The notes below the pieces were generated by a model, which made no database searches, was not told the origin of the DNA, and was given only the letters and a program-made list of their open reading frames with translations. A DNA stretch of 64,000 nt from Thermoanaerobaculia bacterium (GTDB taxonomy: Bacteria; Acidobacteriota; Thermoanaerobaculia; UBA5066), in NCBI GenBank assembly GCA_963719225.1, contig CAVRAY010000001.1, positions 3,392,001-3,456,000 of the forward strand. Reading direction: 5' to 3'. A program made the translations under genes and the position numbers. Every line of letters starts with the position of its first letter. Positions within the stretch are counted from its first letter, which is position 1. Below, piece after piece: positions 61,215 through 64,000 of this stretch.

Positions 61215-62201
61215 ATGGGGATGAAAGAGGTCTTCGAGCAGAACCCCGGCCGCCGGTACATCATGTTCGGCGGCAAGGGCGGCCTGGGTAAAACGACGTT
61301 CTCGGCCGCGACGGCCTACTGGCTCGCGAAGCAGGGCAAGAAGGTCCTCGTCTTCTCCGTCGATCCCCAGGCCTCGCTCACCGACATCTTCCAGAAGGAC
61401 ATCTTCGGCAAGGGCCCGGTGAAGATCATGGAGAACCTGTGGGCGCAGGAGATCGACGCCGACAGCCACATCAAGGCCTACCAGGAGGAGATCCGCAAGA
61501 AGATCCGGGACATGTACGGTCTCGAGAAGGTGCCCGAGGAGATCGAGAGTTACATCCAGGCCGCCAGCGCCGAGCCGGCCATGGAGGAGAGCGCGATCTT
61601 CGACGCCGTGGTGGACGTCGTCGTCCAGGAGAACTACGACTACTACATCTACGACCTCGTCCCGCTCGGCCACGCGCTCTACTACCTCAGCATGGCGAAG
61701 GTCTACGACGAGTGGATCAACAAGGTGACGAAGCTGCGCGAGGACATGCGCGAGTACGAGGAGATGGTCAGCCGCCTCAAGCGCGAGAAGGAGACCGAGC
61801 AGGACGCGATCCTGAACGAGCTCGTCTACATCAAGGGACGGATCAACGCGTCTTCGAAAATCCTCACGGACAAGGACAAGACGGCGTTCTTCTTCGTCGT
61901 GACGCCCGAGGACATGATCATCGTCGACACGGAGAAGGCCGCGAAACTCTTCGCCCAGTTCGACGTCCCGATCGGCGGCTACGTCGTCAACCGCGTCATC
62001 CCTCACGAGCTGATCGACCAGAACATCCCCGACTACCTGCGCAACCGGATCCAGATGCAGGACAAGTACATCGGAAGCATCCGGACGACGTTCGGAAAGG
62101 ACGTCCTCGCCTACGTGCCGGAGCTCGAGCGCGACGTTACGGGTCTTCCGATGATCGAGAAGCTCGCCGGGATCATGTACGGCAACGGAAAGCTCGGCTG
62201 A
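61215..62201 (+). CDS. ArsA/GET3-family ATPase 1
   Basis: GKGGLGKTT, SVDPQASL, VVNRV; switch II reads DLVPLGH. Confidence 0.9.
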   Translation: MGMKEVFEQNPGRRYIMFGGKGGLGKTTFSAATAYWLAKQGKKVLVFSVDPQASLTDIFQKDIFGKGPVKIMENLWAQEIDADSHIKAYQEEIRKKIRDMYGLEKVPEEIESYIQAASAEPAMEESAIFDAVVDVVVQENYDYYIYDLVPLGHALYYLSMAKVYDEWINKVTKLREDMREYEEMVSRLKREKETEQDAILNELVYIKGRINASSKILTDKDKTAFFFVVTPEDMIIVDTEKAAKLFAQFDVPIGGYVVNRVIPHELIDQNIPDYLRNRIQMQDKYIGSIRTTFGKDVLAYVPELERDVTGLPMIEKLAGIMYGNGKLG

Positions 62202-62229
62202 AGCCGGGGACGCGAGGAGAGAAACGGCC

Positions 62230-63243
62230 ATGCCTGAGATCCAGACTTCCATGAGCGACTACATCAAGGACCACGCCGGCCTGAAGTACATCTTCTTCGG
62301 CGGAAAGGGCGGCGTCGGAAAGACGGTCTTCGCGGCCGCGACCGCGCTCCACAACGCCCAGCTCGGGCGCCGCACGATGCTCGCCTCGACGAACCCCGTC
62401 CACAGCCTCTCGAGCCTCCTCGGCCAGAACGTGCTCGGCAAGCACACTCCGGTCGACGGCGCTCCGAACCTGTGGGCGTACGAGATCGAGACGAAGGAGA
62501 CGATCGAGCGGTCGAAGGTCGAGATCCGCGAGAAGATCAAGTGGTTCCTCAAGTTCGCCGACATCTCCACGAAGGCCGAGGATTTCGTGGAGTCGGCCAC
62601 CATGAACCCCGCCTTCGAGGAGTCGGCAATGTTCGAGAACATGATCGACCTCATGTTCAAGGACGAGTACGACGTCTACGTCTTCGACACGGCGCCCACC
62701 GCGAACGCACGGCGCCTGCTCGGCATGTCCAAGGTCTACTCCCTCTGGGTCAACAAGATGCTCAAGAGCCGCGAGGAGGCGAAGACCCTCCGCGAGCTGC
62801 TCTCCTTCACCAAGAAGAAGGAGGAGGACCCGCTCATGGCGTACCTCCTTTCCTTCCGCGACCGGATGGAGCACGGACGCGTGCTCCTCACCGACCCGGC
62901 CAAGACGTCGTTCTTCTTCGTGACGCTCCCCGAGGCGCTTCCGATCGCCGTCATCACGCGCTTCATCCAGTGGTTCCACGATTTCGGCATCCCCGTAGGG
63001 GGCGTCCTCGTCAACATGCTGATCGACAAGGCCTCCGTCGGCGCCGGGGCGGCCGACTTCGTGAAGAACCGCGTCGCGATGCAGGACGAGCACATGAAGA
63101 CCGTCTGGCAGAAGTTCGACGGCAGCGTCCGCGCCATCGTCCCGCTCTACGAGACGGAGATCCGCGGCGTCCCGATGCTCAAGCGGCTCGGCGACGCGAT
63201 GTTCGCGGAACCGGTGGAGGCCGTCCTTTCCGGCTCCCGCTAG
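62230..63243 (+). CDS. ArsA/GET3-family ATPase 2
   Basis: GKGGVGKT, STNPVHSL, FDTAPTAN. Confidence 0.9.
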   Translation: MPEIQTSMSDYIKDHAGLKYIFFGGKGGVGKTVFAAATALHNAQLGRRTMLASTNPVHSLSSLLGQNVLGKHTPVDGAPNLWAYEIETKETIERSKVEIREKIKWFLKFADISTKAEDFVESATMNPAFEESAMFENMIDLMFKDEYDVYVFDTAPTANARRLLGMSKVYSLWVNKMLKSREEAKTLRELLSFTKKKEEDPLMAYLLSFRDRMEHGRVLLTDPAKTSFFFVTLPEALPIAVITRFIQWFHDFGIPVGGVLVNMLIDKASVGAGAADFVKNRVAMQDEHMKTVWQKFDGSVRAIVPLYETEIRGVPMLKRLGDAMFAEPVEAVLSGSR

Positions 63244-63299
63244 AGGAGGCGGCCGAACGCCGGGCGGACGCCGAACCGGCACGGTTCTGCGGAACAAGC

Positions 63300-63334
63300 A
63301 CCCCCTCCTGGAGACGGTTTCAAGGGGTCTTTTT
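63300..63334 (+). terminator. Probable intrinsic terminator
   Basis: Imperfect ACCCC...GGGGT stem followed by CTTTTT after the ArsA pair. Confidence 0.5.
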
Positions 63335-63455
63335 CGCCCTCCGGCGCGCATGCAGATGAATCATTGCTTGCGGTCTTCGGCGCCACCAGTTTGACCCTGC
63401 GGCTTTCTGTTCTTCGCCAGGAACCGCGGGGTTAATTCATGCCCCGCGCAGGACA

Positions 63456-64000
63456 CCGGCGGGAGCTCCCTTCAACGCCGAGGTCCACCAGTGGACCTAC
63501 GACGCCATCGGGAATAGGCTGACGAGCCAGGTGAACGCCGCGATCAAGACCTACACGTACGAGAAGATCGGCGCGAACCCGAAGAACGCGCAGAAGCTGA
63601 TGAACGATGGGACGAACGCTTACGCCTACGACTTCAACGGAAGTCAGACGTCACGGACGGGCTTCGGCTTCGTGAACGACCCCGACAACCGCCTGAGCTC
63701 CATCACCGGCGGAACCGCCGCGAGCTACACGTACGACTACCAGGGGCGGAGGACCTCGAAGACGGTCGCAGGCGTGACGACGAAGTACCTGTACGACGGC
63801 CTGAATCTGATCAGAGAAGCCAAAGCAGGCGTGAACACCGACTACGCCTTCGGCCCCTCAATCGATGAACCACTGGCCCTCTATGCCTCGGGCGCCGTCA
63901 GTTACTTGAACGCGGACGGGCTTGGCAGCATCGTGGCGACGAACTCGACTGCAGGAACGGTCACGCACAGCTCGATCTTTGACGCGTGGGGCGCGGTGAA
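63456..64000 (+). pseudogene. Orphan Rhs/YD-repeat core fragment (runs off window)
   Basis: Hand translation: WTYDAIGNRL...YAYDFNGSQ...YTYDYQGRRTSK...YLYDG...DEPLA...DGLGSI...FDAWG; no in-frame start before the repeats begin. Confidence 0.8.

Noticed and set aside
61215-63243. Arsenic resistance operon
   Set aside because: No arsB/acr3/arsC/arsR/arsD, and the ATPases lack metalloid-binding cysteines
63439-63470. ATG at 63439 as the Rhs start
   Set aside because: It is out of frame with the YD repeats

Overview
High-GC bacterial chromosomal segment. The gene repertoire (Oar-type TonB receptor, sulfatase-TPR, ECF/HEAT module, GloVer/IPT surface protein) suggests Acidobacteriota; this is inference. 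All family calls come from reading motifs by eye, with no database searches. Layout from left to right: (1) a leftward uptake/processing operon (sulfatase-TPR, TonB receptor, acyl-CoA ligase, GPH sugar symporter, GAF protein); (2) a divergent 4-gene biosynthetic cluster, the top candidate novel system, made of an N-acyl amino acid synthase-nitroreductase-glycosyltransferase fusion, a stand-alone ThiF, a glycosyltransferase-methyltransferase fusion and a second nitroreductase. It resembles a split OxzAB oxazolone pathway equipped with mycobacterial PGL-type phenol glycosyltransferases; (3) two mirror-image MacAB-like exporter operons; (4) ECF sigma/anti-sigma/HEAT genes, EVE-Rrf2-UbiD, rlmI, phosphate genes, an orphan rsmH and an S8 protease; (5) a ~5.3 kb integrase-free insertion flanked by a duplicated 3' end of an OPT gene and carrying a frameshifted giant surface protein; (6) thpR, tRNA(CAT), tilS-M64-hpt-ftsH; (7) a CstA + two cory-CC-star-like + two reciprocally degenerate ArsA/GET3 ATPase module with a shared palindromic motif; (8) an orphan Rhs fragment at the right edge.
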